DNA from: Octopus sinensis
Lineage: Eukaryota
NCBI RefSeq assembly: GCF_006345805.1
Contig: NC_042998.1
Span: 129,828,001-129,892,000, forward strand
Length of the DNA stretch: 64,000 nucleotides
Direction: 5' to 3'
Both the position numbers and the translations under genes were made by a program. Of the stretch, positions 13,116-26,806 are shown piece by piece (the first letter of the stretch is position 1; each line of letters begins with the position of its first letter). A model generated the notes under the pieces. The model did no database searches and had not been told where the DNA came from. It saw only the letters and a list, made by a program, of their open reading frames with translations.

Positions 13116-13380
13116 AGGAGAATTCACGAAAACAAACAAAAGACGAAGACAGGTGTTGTAGAAAACAAACAGATGTATTAGTATAACGCTCAGGAATAGA
13201 AAACGTCTTTTACGTTTCGAGCCTACGCTCTTCCATAGAAAGAAATTAGGAGAGAAAAAATGTGTGTAGTGGCTACCGATCTATCATGGCGACCGCCGGT
13301 CAGAAGGGTCACACAGGAAAACATAAAGTACAGGAAAGTTAGGAAAGTATAAAAATAAAAGTAATAATAGCAATAGTTTT
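13116..13380 (-). mobile_element. Short non-coding HHR-bearing repeat ending in (TA)n
   Basis: 13243-13206: TCTTT-CTATGGA-A-GAGC gtag GCTC-GAAA-CG-TA-AAAGA; 3' end TCTCCTTA joins (TA)n; 5' boundary approximate. Confidence 0.6.
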
Positions 13381-13429
13381 ACGTAAAGTTCAAAGGTTTC
13401 CGACGTCGTGGTTTATTGCAAGGACTTTT

Positions 13430-14030
13430 CTTCGGGTAGAATTGGCCAAGGACATGACTAACTTAAGACATTTAATGATGTCTCATGTTACAGTTACTGT
13501 TTGGCCACCATAGCACATTCGAGTAAAGAGTCATTATTTGTAGAGATATATCAGAGTGTAGGCGGGTTTCGAAATTTGTTGGAGATATTAGACAAGAAAC
13601 CGTTTGGAAATCTTTTTCTTCTCGTATGTGTCTTGGCATGATGTAAAAGAGACCAAGGCCATTTGAGGTTAAATGCTTCTCTCTTAGTATTGTGATTTGA
13701 CACCAGCATAATTTTTGAAGAGGAAGTACAGCCCTGTTTGAAATAGATGCCAACATCATTTGAGCAATGTTGCTGGAAGGTTTTCTGCATCATACAAACA
13801 ACATAGCATTCGGACGGGCGTTGGAGGGAATAAAGTTTAAGTTTCTCGAGAAGGTCCCAAAAATCAAGACCTATCATGCCGACTAGTTATTTTGCAATAG
13901 ATCTCTGGAGTGCTTCAGTATTTATGTGTCTTTGTTTCGTGTAAAGAGACCAAGGCAGACAATAGTATCTAAGAGGAGGACCGTTGAAGGTGTAGAAAAG
14001 AAGGATAATGGTAGCAGCGCCTCTTGACCG
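13430..14030 (-). mobile_element. Degenerate CR1-group LINE 3' fragment, convergent with 12190-12570
   Basis: FWDLLEKLKLYSLQR motif; 3' UTR AAGTTAGTCATGTCCTTGGCCAA. Confidence 0.65.
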
Positions 14031-14789
14031 AAAAGTCCTGTTTATGAATATAAGTTATATACAAATTGACACGTTAAAAACTAAGAAATGCATGAAATAG
14101 AGGTAGTATATCGAGTACGACAGGAAATTTTGGATATTGTCCTTTAGCTTTGACAAGTAGTAAGATATTCATTTCGATATTTGGGTTTGCGAGTTCGATC
14201 CCGTTACATACGATCATGCGAAAATGAATTTTCTCTAGCTACGGCTCGACAAATATTTTGTAAGTGGGATTGGGTAAATAAAACATGCATGAAAGCTAGT
14301 AGTATGGATTGTACTTGGAATCGGAAAGTACAGACTTGTAGCGCACATACTATTTGCGTGTGACTGTACTTGAGAAACATGTTACGGATAAACGAGGCTG
14401 AGCAACTTACACGCAGAAGGTAATTCAGTTAGTGGAATAACAAAATACTCGTCGTTCAACTAACAGAGACCCCCATCCTCTGAGTGAGGGCGTGTATATG
14501 TGAGAGCGTATGTGCGTCTGTGTGTGCCTACACGCACAGAATGGCACACATTGCTTTATGTAAATATTTATGTTGATGGTGATATAATGTAACCACTATC
14601 AGTACTACAGACTTCTTAGTAAAGAATATTGACTTATTTTTTTTCTTATCTTCTTAAATATAAACAGCAACATAAAAGTCCCTCGCTGTTGTAAAAAAAA
14701 ATCCCTCACCAAATAAGATCAACTATTAAAATACAAATAAGTAAACAAAAGTAAAAGTTATCATAGCAAGACGTTGAATTGGCTATGGA

Positions 14790-14954
14790 GAAAGAAGGAT
14801 GTCTTCCAACTACATGGTTCCTGGTTCGGTCCTACTGCGTAGCGTATTGGGTAAATGTGTTCCACTATAGCCCCGGCACAACCAAAGCATTCTGAGTGGA
14901 TTTGATAGGCGGAAACTGAAAGAGGCCCGTCGTATACATACATACATATATATA

Positions 14955-15029
<75 letters not shown>

Positions 15030-15113
15030 TTGTGTTTGTCCCACCACCACCACCACCAACAACAACAACACCACTTGACAACCGGTGTTGGTGTGTTTGC
15101 GTCCCCGTAAATT

Positions 15114-15148
<35 letters not shown>

Positions 15149-15328
15149 TATATTATTATTATTATCATATTCTTTTATTGTTTTACTCGTTTCAGTCATT
15201 TCACTGAGACCATACGGAAGCACCGCCTTTTAGTTGCAGAAATAGACTACTTGGTTTATTCTTTGCAAGTCTGCTGCTTATTCTATCGTTCTCTTCTGCC
15301 GAAATGCTAAGCTACGGTCACATAAACA

Positions 15329-15335
<7 letters not shown>
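14790..15335. mobile_element. Two partial copies of SINE family A, plus then minus, separated by (ATT)n
   Basis: 14790-15100 aligns to the head/body of 63013-63422; 15170-15335 is the reverse complement of its tail. Confidence 0.7.
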
Positions 15336-15374
<39 letters not shown>

Positions 15375-16665
15375 TATATATACGTATATATATATATATA
15401 TATATATATGAATATATATACGTATATATATATATATATATACATATGTGTTTGTGTGCCCTTGTGTTAAAATTTTTCTGCAGTATCGCTTCATGACTGA
15501 TGTTAGTTCGTATATGCACCCTCCCAATCAAAAACACATAGGGGTTCGGTAAACAGAAACTGATGAAGTAAGTAACAGTTTCAAAGTAAATAAGTAGTGG
15601 GGCAAGTTTTTTTTTCCCACTAAACCTTCAATGAGGTGCCCCAGCATGGCAGCAATCCAATCACTGAAACAGACAAAAGACAAAAGATAATAAAAAATTT
15701 GGCCTTCACCAATCTGTGCACACGTGTAATACACTGAAAGACACAGACGTATACGTGCTTTAAGAAAACATGCGAAAATCAAGAACAGTAGTAAAATATA
15801 ACATGGCTGAAAAGTAACTATAATGTAGGCTATATAATTGGCCGGATAACATACACTCTTTGTATGGTAACAAACGGTATTTCTTCTATACATACATACA
15901 TACATACATACATACATACATACATACATGCAAACATGCATATATGTGTGTGTTTGTGCGCGTGTGTGTATGTGTGTGTACCAGTGTATCTGATAAAAAA
16001 ATTACGTAAAATAATTAGAAAAACATGTAGTAAAAAAAAACTTTTGCGAATCTATTTCGCCTGTTTATTTATAAAGTAAAAGTGTATGTATGTATGTATG
16101 TATGTATTTAGATATGTATCTATATGTATGTAAATATAAACACACATAGCCCACACACAAACACGCAAAAACACGCACTCACACACACACTCACATATAC
16201 ATTCATACATATACGCTAGTATTTCTGCAACGGTAGGGAGCAGTCACGTCAGTAAATGTAGAAGGACACTTTTTTGATAACATTTAATTGAATTAAATTC
16301 AGTCTTCCTAACCAAACAATCTGCTGTTTACTCTTTTAGTATTCGTTACGGCTTTCTATTTGTTACTATAAACCAAATGAGAATCAGAGAATTAGATAGT
16401 ACGAGAGAGAGAGAGAGAGAGGGAGAGAGGGAGAGAGAGAGGTGAGGAGAGAGAAAGGAAAAGAGAGAGGGAGAGAGAATGAGTAGAGATTTAATCTATA
16501 ACTAATACCTTCTGGGCATTTTAAAATAGACACCAATACATACATCCACTCACACAGGTATATGTGTGTGTGCGCGCGCGCGTGTGTGTGTGAGTATGTG
16601 TGTGTATATTTGAGTATGTAAGTATATAGTCATACACACGCACATATATTCTTATACATACATAC

Positions 16666-16738
<73 letters not shown>

Positions 16739-16747
16739 TATATATGT

Positions 16748-16813
<66 letters not shown>

Positions 16814-17400
16814 GTGGGGGTGTAATTTCATGAAAAAACAAGCGAGAGATTTTAGAAAGGTTTTTAGTAAGAAGGATGATATTGGAACGGTGTTGTGTGA
16901 ATCTGAGCCTGGACTATTTTAGAAATAACAAGAACATCAAAAGAAAACGTAAAAGGGAGAATCACAACGAACATTTTGTTATTTAAATTCTTCTTATTTA
17001 GAAAAGAGTTCTTGCCGTTTGCGTCCTCCTCGTCCTTACAGTCTCCCTCCTTCTGCCCCTCTTCTCACTCTCTCATTGTCTGTCTCTGTCACTTCTATAA
17101 TACATAAACTAGCTAAAACACAAGCGCGTGTGTACACATACACACATCTATATACATACACACATACACACATACATACACACACACACACACATATATA
17201 TATATGTATATATATGTAAGATATATATGCATATACAGGTGCATATATATATATAGAGAGAGAGAGGGAGAGGGAGAGAGATACATGTATATATATATAT
17301 ATACATATATATATGTATATATATGTATATATAGACATATACATATATGGGTATATATCTATACATATATGCATATATATATATACAAATACATACAAAA

Positions 17401-17760
17401 TCTCTCTATATAAACGGCAGTTTGTCTGTGCGTTTTCTGTGTGTCTGTTTGCTTGTACCCTCACCCTGACCACGGCTTTCAACCGATTCTGATGAAACTT
17501 GACACACACATAGCCCAATGTCATAATTCAAAACTAACGCAGTGAAAATTTTGAAAAGTTCCCCCAGTTCTGAAAAAAATCGATAAATCAGAAACACAAA
17601 CCGCAAACTGTCTAGGGGACGCAACTCCACCTTTTTTAACTAAAAACAAAATTTACCATCATTTTTTCCATTTTTTTGCTATTTTTTGGCTATAACTCTC
17701 TAAAAATGCTTTATAGTTATTTCCCTTACAAACCTGAGCAACGCCGGGCGATACTGCTAG
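17401..17760 (+). mobile_element. Non-autonomous Helitron
   Basis: 5' TC; 3' hairpin CCTG/CCCG agcaacgc CGGG followed by CTAG; A|T target; last ~70 nt shared with 43597-44109. Confidence 0.8.
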
Positions 17761-18371
17761 TTATATATATATATATATATATATACGTATATATGTGTAT
17801 ATATATGTATATATATATACACATATACATATACGTATACACAAGCGCACACACACATAACTACAGCCAGCACTTTGAGCAAAAATAGACCTGAAAATCC
17901 TGTGTTACAGATTGTTATATTACCGACCAAAGCCTGGTCTTTTTAGTAAGTTATATTTGCTTCCTTTCTTTCTCTTTTTGTGTTGGATACTTGGAGAATG
18001 GAAGATATTTAACAATGACTGGGCTTTCAATACAACTACGTCTTTTATATCATTATAGTTTGTGATTTCCTTCATTTATTTGTTTGGCGTTTTAAGGGAT
18101 AACAAATCATTGAAATGTTTTGAGAAATTCATTGTAATGAAGTAACAACGCCGAAAGAATCAACGACCAACCAAGAGCTCTCTGAACGAGTGAAAATATG
18201 CACTCATATACACTCACATGTGCGTATAGATATTCAGGTATATATGTATGTTACATACATTACATATACTCTCAGATATATATGAAGTTAAAGTAATACA
18301 AGGGTAATTGCATGTGTGTATGAGTTTGTACTTCTCTCTATGTCTATGCAGGAATTTGCATATATTTGTAG

Positions 18372-18410
<39 letters not shown>

Positions 18411-19825
18411 ACATACAAACACAAACACATGCATACATAGTGCGATATCATTTCTATTTTCAACGCTTGATTCAAAATTACTTGTTTCAAAGATGTCAAG
18501 TATTTCAGTGTGGGGCCTTTACAGTCTCGGATTCTTTTTCAGAACAAAATATGATACACATAACTCTACCGAACAAATAAAAAAAATATGTAAAGGTAAG
18601 GCTCAACGATATGCAAACAAGGTAGGAAATCCAAATGTAGACAATCATGGGAAAGAGTTCGTCGTACTAAATACCTTAGGCTCTCCAGCTAACCACACAA
18701 AAAAATTATAATAGCATGAACTAAATGCACAGAAGCCGTAGAAATAATTAACACGTTATCAAAACCTCATAAATCAGAAATCCCATTGCACTCTATCATA
18801 AACTAGCACTAATGATATAGTAAAATTAAAAGCCAACAAACAAAAAACAAAAAATACTGAAATTATAATGTATTCGAGCATATGAATATTTTGCAAGTGA
18901 TCAATGAAATCTATAAATTTTATTGCAAATGTGGAAGATGTAAAGTTCATGAATTTTACTATTAAAAATGGTTATACGGGAACGACATTTTCTCAACGGT
19001 TCAACATGCATTTATTTCGCAAAAATAATTGCAATGCACTAAATCACACAATATGAGAGAGACTAGAAAGGAAAGTCAACCATGTAATATAGAATTTTCC
19101 CTCCAAACTATATTAATTATGGAAGCAATATTAAATGGTGCAATAGAATGCAAAATTCAACACAGGTAATGTTCATCAGAAACAATAAAAAAACTGAATC
19201 CTCGACACAAAGCGATTACCCCGATTGATACAACCTGAGCCACCACCATCGTCCCCCCAAAAACAGCAACAAAGAACAAAATGGAATGAATACTCAAAAT
19301 TTCAACCGGGTAATAAAGTTACTATTAATATAACCACACACTTATGACTTTGATTCTACACGCAAATTTTATATGACTCATGAAAAATATATGCTCATAA
19401 GTTATTATAGATATGGATTATATCATGGTCGTACTTAAAATACATGGGTCTACGTGTCGCTCGTGTGCGTCACTGGTAATATGAATACTGGTGAAGTCTG
19501 TTGGATGATCAGGAGTGACTTGTAAGAAGGTTTGCTAAAAAATAACAGGAGAAAAAAATAATACCTGCCAAAAGTACCCGCCACCCAAGAATTATAATAA
19601 CGGATTTCATATATACATATACATAATCACGCACATGTATAAATATAGAGTTATTTGCGCGTGTGTGTGTGTATATGTATGAGCTGGATGTATATGTAAG
19701 CACATAAACATTTTGTGAAATATAATTCTACAGATGCAAATTCAAGACAACTCTTTATACTAAATACCTATCTATTCAGAAACACACGCACACACACACA
19801 CACACACACACACCACACACACACA

Positions 19826-20650
19826 CAGACGGTAATGTTTTTTGCCACTATAATATGGCTGTTGTATAATGAAATATGTTGCTACATTTTAATATCAGGA
19901 AAACGTCTTTTCCAGCTGGTTAACGACACACAGCCTGTGTCCGATATATTATAAGCGAAGGAGCGAATCACTCCCCTCTAGCTTGCCAAGACTAGTAAAC
20001 CATGGTTTCTGGGTCTTTAGCCTTTATCGGTACTGGCCACCTGCCTGCTAGAGATGGCAGTCAATCGTCCCTACTCACAAGATGTAAACAGAGAAGCGGC
20101 AGACAGCTGCTGATCTCGTAACGAGCAAAATAGCTAGTTCTAAAATCTCCAAACGAGACATAAGTAATAGCAATACTAGACGGTAAGGTTTTTTTGCCAC
20201 TCTAACATGGCTGTTCTATAAAGCTGGTTAACGTCACACAACCTGTGCCCGATATATGGCGAGTAAGGGAGTGAATCAACTCTTTACAAGATCATCGATT
20301 GTCTGCCGCTTCACTCTTTATATATTGTGAATAGGGACGATTGACTTCAATCTCTAGCTGGCAGGTGTCCAGTACCGATGAAGAGTAAAGACCCAGAATC
20401 TATGGTCTACTCGTCTTGGCAAAGCTGGAGGGGGCGGGTGATTCGCTCCTTTACTCACAATATGTAGGACATATGTTGTGTGTCGTTAACCAGCTGGAAA
20501 AGACATTTTCCTGGGGTTAAAAGGTAGCAGCATAGTTATTTACAGAACAGCTATGTTATAGTGGCACACACACCCCTCCGAAAATTACCGTCTATTATTA
20601 TTACTACTTATATCTTTTAGAGATTTTAGAAAAAGCTATTTTGCTCGTTT
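19826..20650. mobile_element. ~370-bp HHR-bearing repeat in partial-tandem plus inverted arrangement
   Basis: 19826-20121 and 20281-20650 are inverted copies; 20112-20282 is a tandem partial copy; HHR motifs at 19994-20034 (-) and 20371-20411 (+); left end abuts (CA)n. Confidence 0.75.
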
Positions 20651-22355
20651 GGATAAAGAATAGTGCTGAATTTGAAGTTTTTTCTTCATGTATCTGTCTT
20701 TTATAAATCTGGAAAGTGATAACATGATAGAATTGTTTTACTGATTAAAGAGGAGGTCTGTTGAAGATTTTATGAACCATGTATCTAGAAGAAATCTCGG
20801 ACTTGTAATATGAACAAAGTAAAGCGACCTAATCATATATAGTGCAGTTGATGTACTTATTGATCGGAGCAAAATGTTTATCTTCTTTATGTATTTATTA
20901 AACTTCAGTGTCGACTTTGAATACTTCAAATGTAATTTCACTAAGGAGAGATATATATTTTAAAGAAAACGTGTAATTGCTCATTGATGAAATATCACAA
21001 TTTTAGTGAAAGTACGTTTACATTTAACTTAGTTGGGATTAAATTCACTACTCTAATACACAATATTTACGGTACTGTTTCACTAAAGCTTCCGTTTTGT
21101 AATTTTCGTTTAAGATAATGAATTGCTACATCATATAATTTTCAGTTAAGCAGAATTGATATTGATTAAGTAGTTATTATTGGCACGATGCTGCGCCGTT
21201 TAATATGTGTCGCAAATCGTTCTTCTTGAGCTAAAGAGATAAGAGATATTTAGATGTTTGGTTTGATCTATTTTGATAATAAGAATCAGGAAACTAATAA
21301 GTATCTATATTTATTGTTATTACCAAAATATTTTAAACATTCTTTGAATGAATAATTGATATTGCAACTTGCGAAGATAAATTCTTTTTGAGTTTAAAAT
21401 TACTTATTGATGTAATTTAAATATAGAAAGCGAAATAATGCTACAAAATATAGGAATCAGTATAATTAATACAATTAAATCAAAAATTATATATTATTTC
21501 GTCGTTATTGCTGATATTGTTTGGCACACTTCAGACTTGACCGAAAAGGTACTAGAATATATACGATGTCAAATAGTGCCCTTACTACGTGTCACTCAAA
21601 TCTTAGCCACCGCTGCTTGAAAAAACAACGCATGTAAACACGTGTGTGTGTAATTTTATACAAAAGTATATAAATACATAAATGTATGCACGTGTACAAA
21701 TAGAAATATATATGCAGACAAATAGACAAACAAATGCATATAGAGATGACACACACATAAAAGTAAATATATGCGAATTAATACCTATTTATTTTTTCTT
21801 GATTTTCTTGGACACAGGACACGACACAGAAACATGCGTCCGCACTTCCCATCTTATCTCCAGAAAATATGCCCGTCTTCTTCCTTAATGGCTTGTCGAC
21901 TTTGGGAAAGTTTTGATTATTGAGATTATCTCACCTTCTTATATGGAACTGGTCTTGATTGGCAGTTATTAATTGTGAAACATCCTTTATTGCCGGAGGT
22001 AATTTTAACAAATTTAGAATATGTCATATGATATATGATATAAATGTATTTCTCCTTCCCTTTCTCACTTTCTCTTTATATATTCTTTTTACTCTTTTAC
22101 TAGTTTCAGCCATGCTGGAGCACCGTATTTAATTATTTATAATATATATGCATACATATATGTTTGTACACACACACACACACACATATATATATGGGTA
22201 TACGCGGATAGATATTTCGGTGTATATTTTACTTAGTGAAAATTTTGATATATCTACTTTGCAACTAACTAAATTATGAAACAGCTGTAAAGAACGGAAT
22301 AAACATCTATTCTCTCTCTTCACTTTTCGTCCTGTTCTATTCGTATACATAGATT

Positions 22356-22406
<51 letters not shown>

Positions 22407-22588
22407 GTGTGTGTGTGTGTGTTAGTGTGTGTGTATGTGTGTGTGTACTTGTATGTATATATGTGTGTATGTATATACATACATACATACATACATACAT
22501 ACATACATACATACATACACACATACATATATACATATATGTATGTTAATACATATATACATATACATACATTCATATATATATATAT

Positions 22589-22660
<72 letters not shown>

Positions 22661-23235
22661 ATATGTGTGTGTGTGTATGTGTCTGTATCTTTGTATATAT
22701 GTAAGACAATGTTCTAAATATTCTTATTAATGAAAATATATTAGAATTTTCATGATTATCATTCCAAGTAAATTCATAAATTGAAATATTGGTTCAAGTT
22801 TACAAATTATTATTTAATTTTAAGACGAAAAAGGAAAAGATAATTTTATTGACAAACATCAAGAAGTAATAATGTAAAATTTTGTTACTTTGAAATCGTT
22901 ACTAGAAAATTGTTTGAAGATTGATGATTTCTGAATGACCAGACTAAACAAATTTAGATGTAATAATAGTACACCTCATCCATAATATTTATTTCTGATA
23001 TAGGTAGAAGACTTGACACTTGGGAGTGAGACATTCTGTAATATATCAGCCCTAGTATTTCGTTGATATTGTCAAACCCGAAAGAAGTAACTATTTCATC
23101 GGCCGGATTTGAACTCATGTACTTTTTTTATTATAAACATATTTGTATACTTTTTCTGTTGTTGCTGCGATCGGACTTTGGCCCTGCTCTGAGTAGTTAA
23201 AATATTCAATCTATTAGTTTATTATATTAAAATTA

Positions 23236-23600
23236 GGCGGTGAGCTGGCAGAATTGTTAGTATGCCGGGAGAAATGCTTAGCAGTATTTTGTCTACCGTT
23301 ACGTTCTGAGTTCAAATTCTGTCGACTTTGCCTTTCATCATTTCGGGGTCGATGTATTAAGTACCAGTTACGCACTGGCGTCGATGTAATCGACTTAATC
23401 CGTTTGTATGTCCTTGTTTGTCCCCTCTGTGTTTAGCCCTTTGTGGGTAGTAAAGAAATAAGTATTTTGTCTACCGTTACGTTCTGAGCTCAAACTCTAC
23501 CGAGGTCAACTTTGCCTTTCATCCTTTCGGGGTCGATTAAATAAGTAACAGTTACGCACTGGGGTCGATGTAATTGATTTAATCCCTTTGTCTTTCCAGT
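23236..23600 (+). mobile_element. SINE family B with internal tandem restart at 23461
   Basis: Pol III-like head (TGGCAGAATTG ... GAGTTCAAATTC), core TTTCATCCTTTCGGGGTCGAT..AAGTACCAG, tail GCCCTTTGTGGGTAGTAAAGAAAT; many decayed copies elsewhere. Confidence 0.75.
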
Positions 23601-23619
23601 TTAGTATCCGGAGATAACT

Positions 23620-24106
23620 GAAATGTCGGCTTAAGCTGAACACCTGTTGTCCAGCGAAGGAAGAGTACAGCTGTCGACTGAGTCAATCGTAAAAATTGAC
23701 CCACCGGGAGTTTTAACGAACGAAGGTAAGAATTGTTTTCTCCCGGTTGTAGCAATAGCGAAAGAGGCTGTACGGGAGACTAGGATAAAAAGAATTAAGA
23801 CAGGCAACTTTATCTCTGGCCACAATTTACGATCATTTTTTTCTTTTCATTTGAAAAGTAAGCTGTGGCTGGAGAAGAGATTTCTGTGGGAGTGTACGTT
23901 CCAAAAGAGATGGAAGCATGTTGCACGATTGTTGTGCGTGCAAGGAACCGTGTGAATAGACGGAAGAAAGAAAAAAAAGTACCAGCGGTAGATCGGGGCT
24001 TGTGGGGTCGGATCGTGGCCTGATCATCGCTTTATTTGTATTGTCTTTCTATTGTTAATTCCATTCGATATTTCTATGTTTGCGCCCCGGTGGTCAATAA
24101 AGAAAT
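23620..24106 (+). mobile_element. Tx1/L1-like LINE 3' fragment
   Basis: ORF 23647-23955 (VVAIAKEAVRETR..SFFSFHLKSKLWLEKR..FQKRWKHVARL) resembles Tx1-type ORF2 C-termini (from recall); 3' UTR ends CAATAAAGAAAT. Confidence 0.55.
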
Positions 24107-24262
24107 TGGTATTTCGTCTGCCAGTATGTTCTGAGTTCAAATTTCGTCGAGGTCGTGTTGTCCTTTCATCCTTTCGGGGTCGATAAATTAAGTACCTGTT
24201 GAGTTGTGGTGTCGATCTAATCGACTGGCCCCCTCCCCCGAAATTCCAGGCCTTGTGTCTAT
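24107..24262 (+). mobile_element. SINE family B, 5'-less copy
   Basis: GGTATTTCGTCTGCC..GAGTTCAAATTTC..CCTTTCATCCTTTCGGGGTCGATAAATTAAGTACC. Confidence 0.7.
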
Positions 24263-25319
24263 ATCAGAAAAGATTATATTAAAATTACCATTTTTTCTGA
24301 TATTTTATCTTCTTTTCAGAATCCGTATTCAGCGCATAAGGGGACATTATAGGAGAGCGAAATGTCAGGGAATCCTCTTTATTTTTGTAACACTCCAATG
24401 ATGTTTTGGAACATTTAGAATATTTTACTTACGAGATTTTTGTTAACCCAAAGCTATTGTGAAACATTTCACATACTTGCAATAGTATTTTTTTCGCAAA
24501 TAAATTTTAAGTCAGGCATTTTAGAGGAGGGAGCAGTACATTGCATCTCGAAATTAATCGGTGTTTACTATACGGACGCTCCATCATGAGTGTGGGATAT
24601 TCAAAATGAACATTCTCAGTTAATGTACTCATTCTGCCATATGGAACATATCTTAAAACGATAAGGATTACGACATAGGTACATGGCCCCTAATTTTGCG
24701 TAAGGGTACTCCATTTACAACCTGAACCTGAAAGGACAAAGGCTCATTGCTAGCTTAGCAGAATTTCAAGTCACAATAGTGTTGTGATAGATGATACTGT
24801 AATGAATTTTGGCCATCGCTCTAGCAAATATGCCAATCACTGAACTAGTTAGATGCAGCAATATTAGTATCTAACATAAGCATAATCCACAAATATCTTA
24901 GGAGTAATATACATGATTACATCAATTTCAGTTGTAATTTGTTACACATTTTATTCATTCTGGATAACACTAGCTGCAAGACATGATATTTAATCAGTCG
25001 CTTCGCATTAAATATCATTTAACAAGAAAATTTAATACAGTAATGGTTTCTATCACAGACTTAAGTTTTTACAATTTGCGAGAGGTCATAATTATCTTAG
25101 CAGATCCTTCTCTCCTCCAAAGTAAAATTAAAATGTACATTGTATTCGACATTAATTCATAGGTAAAGAATACAAGATTAATTAAAAAACAAAGGCATCG
25201 GAGGGGCGATGCATACCTTGCGTGCAGATGAATTTTTTCGCAAATTATAGTGTGGCTTGCAATGCGTCGCTTACCCATACTTTTTAATTAAACTGAATTA
25301 ATTTTTTCCAGTATTAACA

Positions 25320-25796
25320 TTAGAGGTATTTATACTCCGGTGAAATTAAGAAATCAACTCATAAATAAACGAAACCGTCAAATCCATCACTGTACATGTA
25401 CACATACGCACACACACAGTTTCGCATATCTATTGTATTTATGTATGTATGTACACACACGTGTCTACGCGCATTGGTACACCATGATCTTTACACACGC
25501 AGGCAAGGTTCGACTCATATGAAAAAGAAAGTGAACAAAATGAAATACTTACAGAAAATATTGCATAGAATTTGAGAAGTATTTTGAACGTCTTTTAATG
25601 ATGGCGGGTGAATTAAAAGTACTGTAGTTCATTGTAGAATATAAATAATATGACCATTTGCATATCGGTACATTTGTAAGTTCGATTGTTTTCTGATTTT
25701 TTTTTCTTAAGTATCACTTTTAGAGGTATTCATACACCGATGAAATTAAGAAATCAACTCGAAAGTAAACGAAATCCTCGAATCCATTACTGTATA

Positions 25797-25857
<61 letters not shown>

Positions 25858-25860
25858 CTA
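25320..25860 (+). repeat. Diverged direct duplication of a ~90-bp unit plus (CA)n (25320-25420 and 25720-25860)
   Basis: TAGAGGTATT.ATAC.CCG.TGAAATTAAGAAATCAACTC...AAACGAAA present twice. Confidence 0.8.
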
Positions 25861-25879
25861 TCTATGCATTTATGTATGT

Positions 25880-26043
25880 TTGAAGATTATCAACCAAATT
25901 TCCAACATTTCGAGCCAGTTACCCAATGAGTATTTCGGCCAAATTTGGTGAAAATCCGTTCAGCCGTTTTTCAGTAATTTTGCAAGCACACAGACAAGGA
26001 CTAGTGATTACAAGACCCTGCTGTCGCTTACGTGCGCAGGGTA
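25880..26043 (+). mobile_element. Possible Helentron-type (HINE/DINE-like) 3' remnant
   Basis: AAATTTGGTGAAAATCCGTTCAGCCGTTT motif and terminal hairpin ACCCTGC...GCAGGGT. Confidence 0.35.
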
Positions 26044-26049
26044 AATATT

Positions 26050-26420
26050 AGTTTCAAATGTTGGCGCAAGGTCAACAATTTCGATTACATTGACATCCTG
26101 AAAGGATGACAGGCAATGTTGACCTCGGCAGAATTTAAACACTAAACGTAAGGAGCGATGAAACATCATTTTTCCCGGCGCGCTGACAATTCTGCTTGTA
26201 CTCCGGCTTTGAAAGAATGTTAAACATTGATTTCAAATTTTACGCAAGGACAACAATTTCGGGGCAGAAGTAAGCCGATTACATCAATTCCAGAACTCAA
26301 ATCGTACTTACTTTATCGACCCCGAAATGATGAAAGGCGAAGTCGATCCCATCGAAATTTGAACGCAGAACGTAAGGACGAACAAAACACCGATTAGCAT
26401 TTTGCTCGGCATGATAACAA
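26050..26420 (-). mobile_element. Two decayed SINE family B copies
   Basis: CGACCCCGAAA.GATGAAAGGC..AGTCGA..AATTTGAAC.CAGAACGTAA, the reverse complement of the family B core. Confidence 0.65.
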
Positions 26421-26450
26421 TTATGGTAGGTAAATATTGCAAGCTCTTTA

Positions 26451-26714
26451 TTTACATTATTTACATTGGACGGATATTTATCCCCGTCTTGTTTGTTGTT
26501 AACACAACGTTTCGGCTGATATACACTCCAGCCTTCATCAGGTGTCTAGAGGGAATTTCGAACATGGGTTCTCATTCCTAAGGAATTTTTTGATGTTGTT
26601 ATTATTATTATTATTATTATGATGATTATTATTATTATTATTCAGGTCATTACCTGGAATCGAACTCAGAATCTTGGGGTTAGTAGCCCGCGAGCTTAAC
26701 CACTACGCCATATG
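26451..26714 (-). mobile_element. tRNA-headed, HHR-tailed SINE-like element (family C), most intact copy
   Basis: A box TGGCGTAGTGG, arm GGG-CTACTAA-CCC, B box GAGTTCGATTCC, (AAT)n, then GACAC-CTGATGA-A-GGCTG..CAGCC-GAAA-CG-TT-GTGTT at 26546-26501. Confidence 0.8.
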
Positions 26715-26722
26715 TCCGTCGG

Positions 26723-26767
26723 CATATGGCGTAGTGGTTATTAATGATGATAATAATAATAATCATT

Positions 26768-26806
<39 letters not shown>

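Noticed and set aside
23600-23725. Host exon bounded by CAG and GTAAG
   Set aside because: All three frames hit stops from the acceptor; the acceptor lies in a SINE and the body is better explained as a LINE fragment
26640-26714. tRNA gene (also 51508-51575)
   Set aside because: A/B boxes and an anticodon-like arm are present, but no acceptor stem pairing; part of a dispersed repeat
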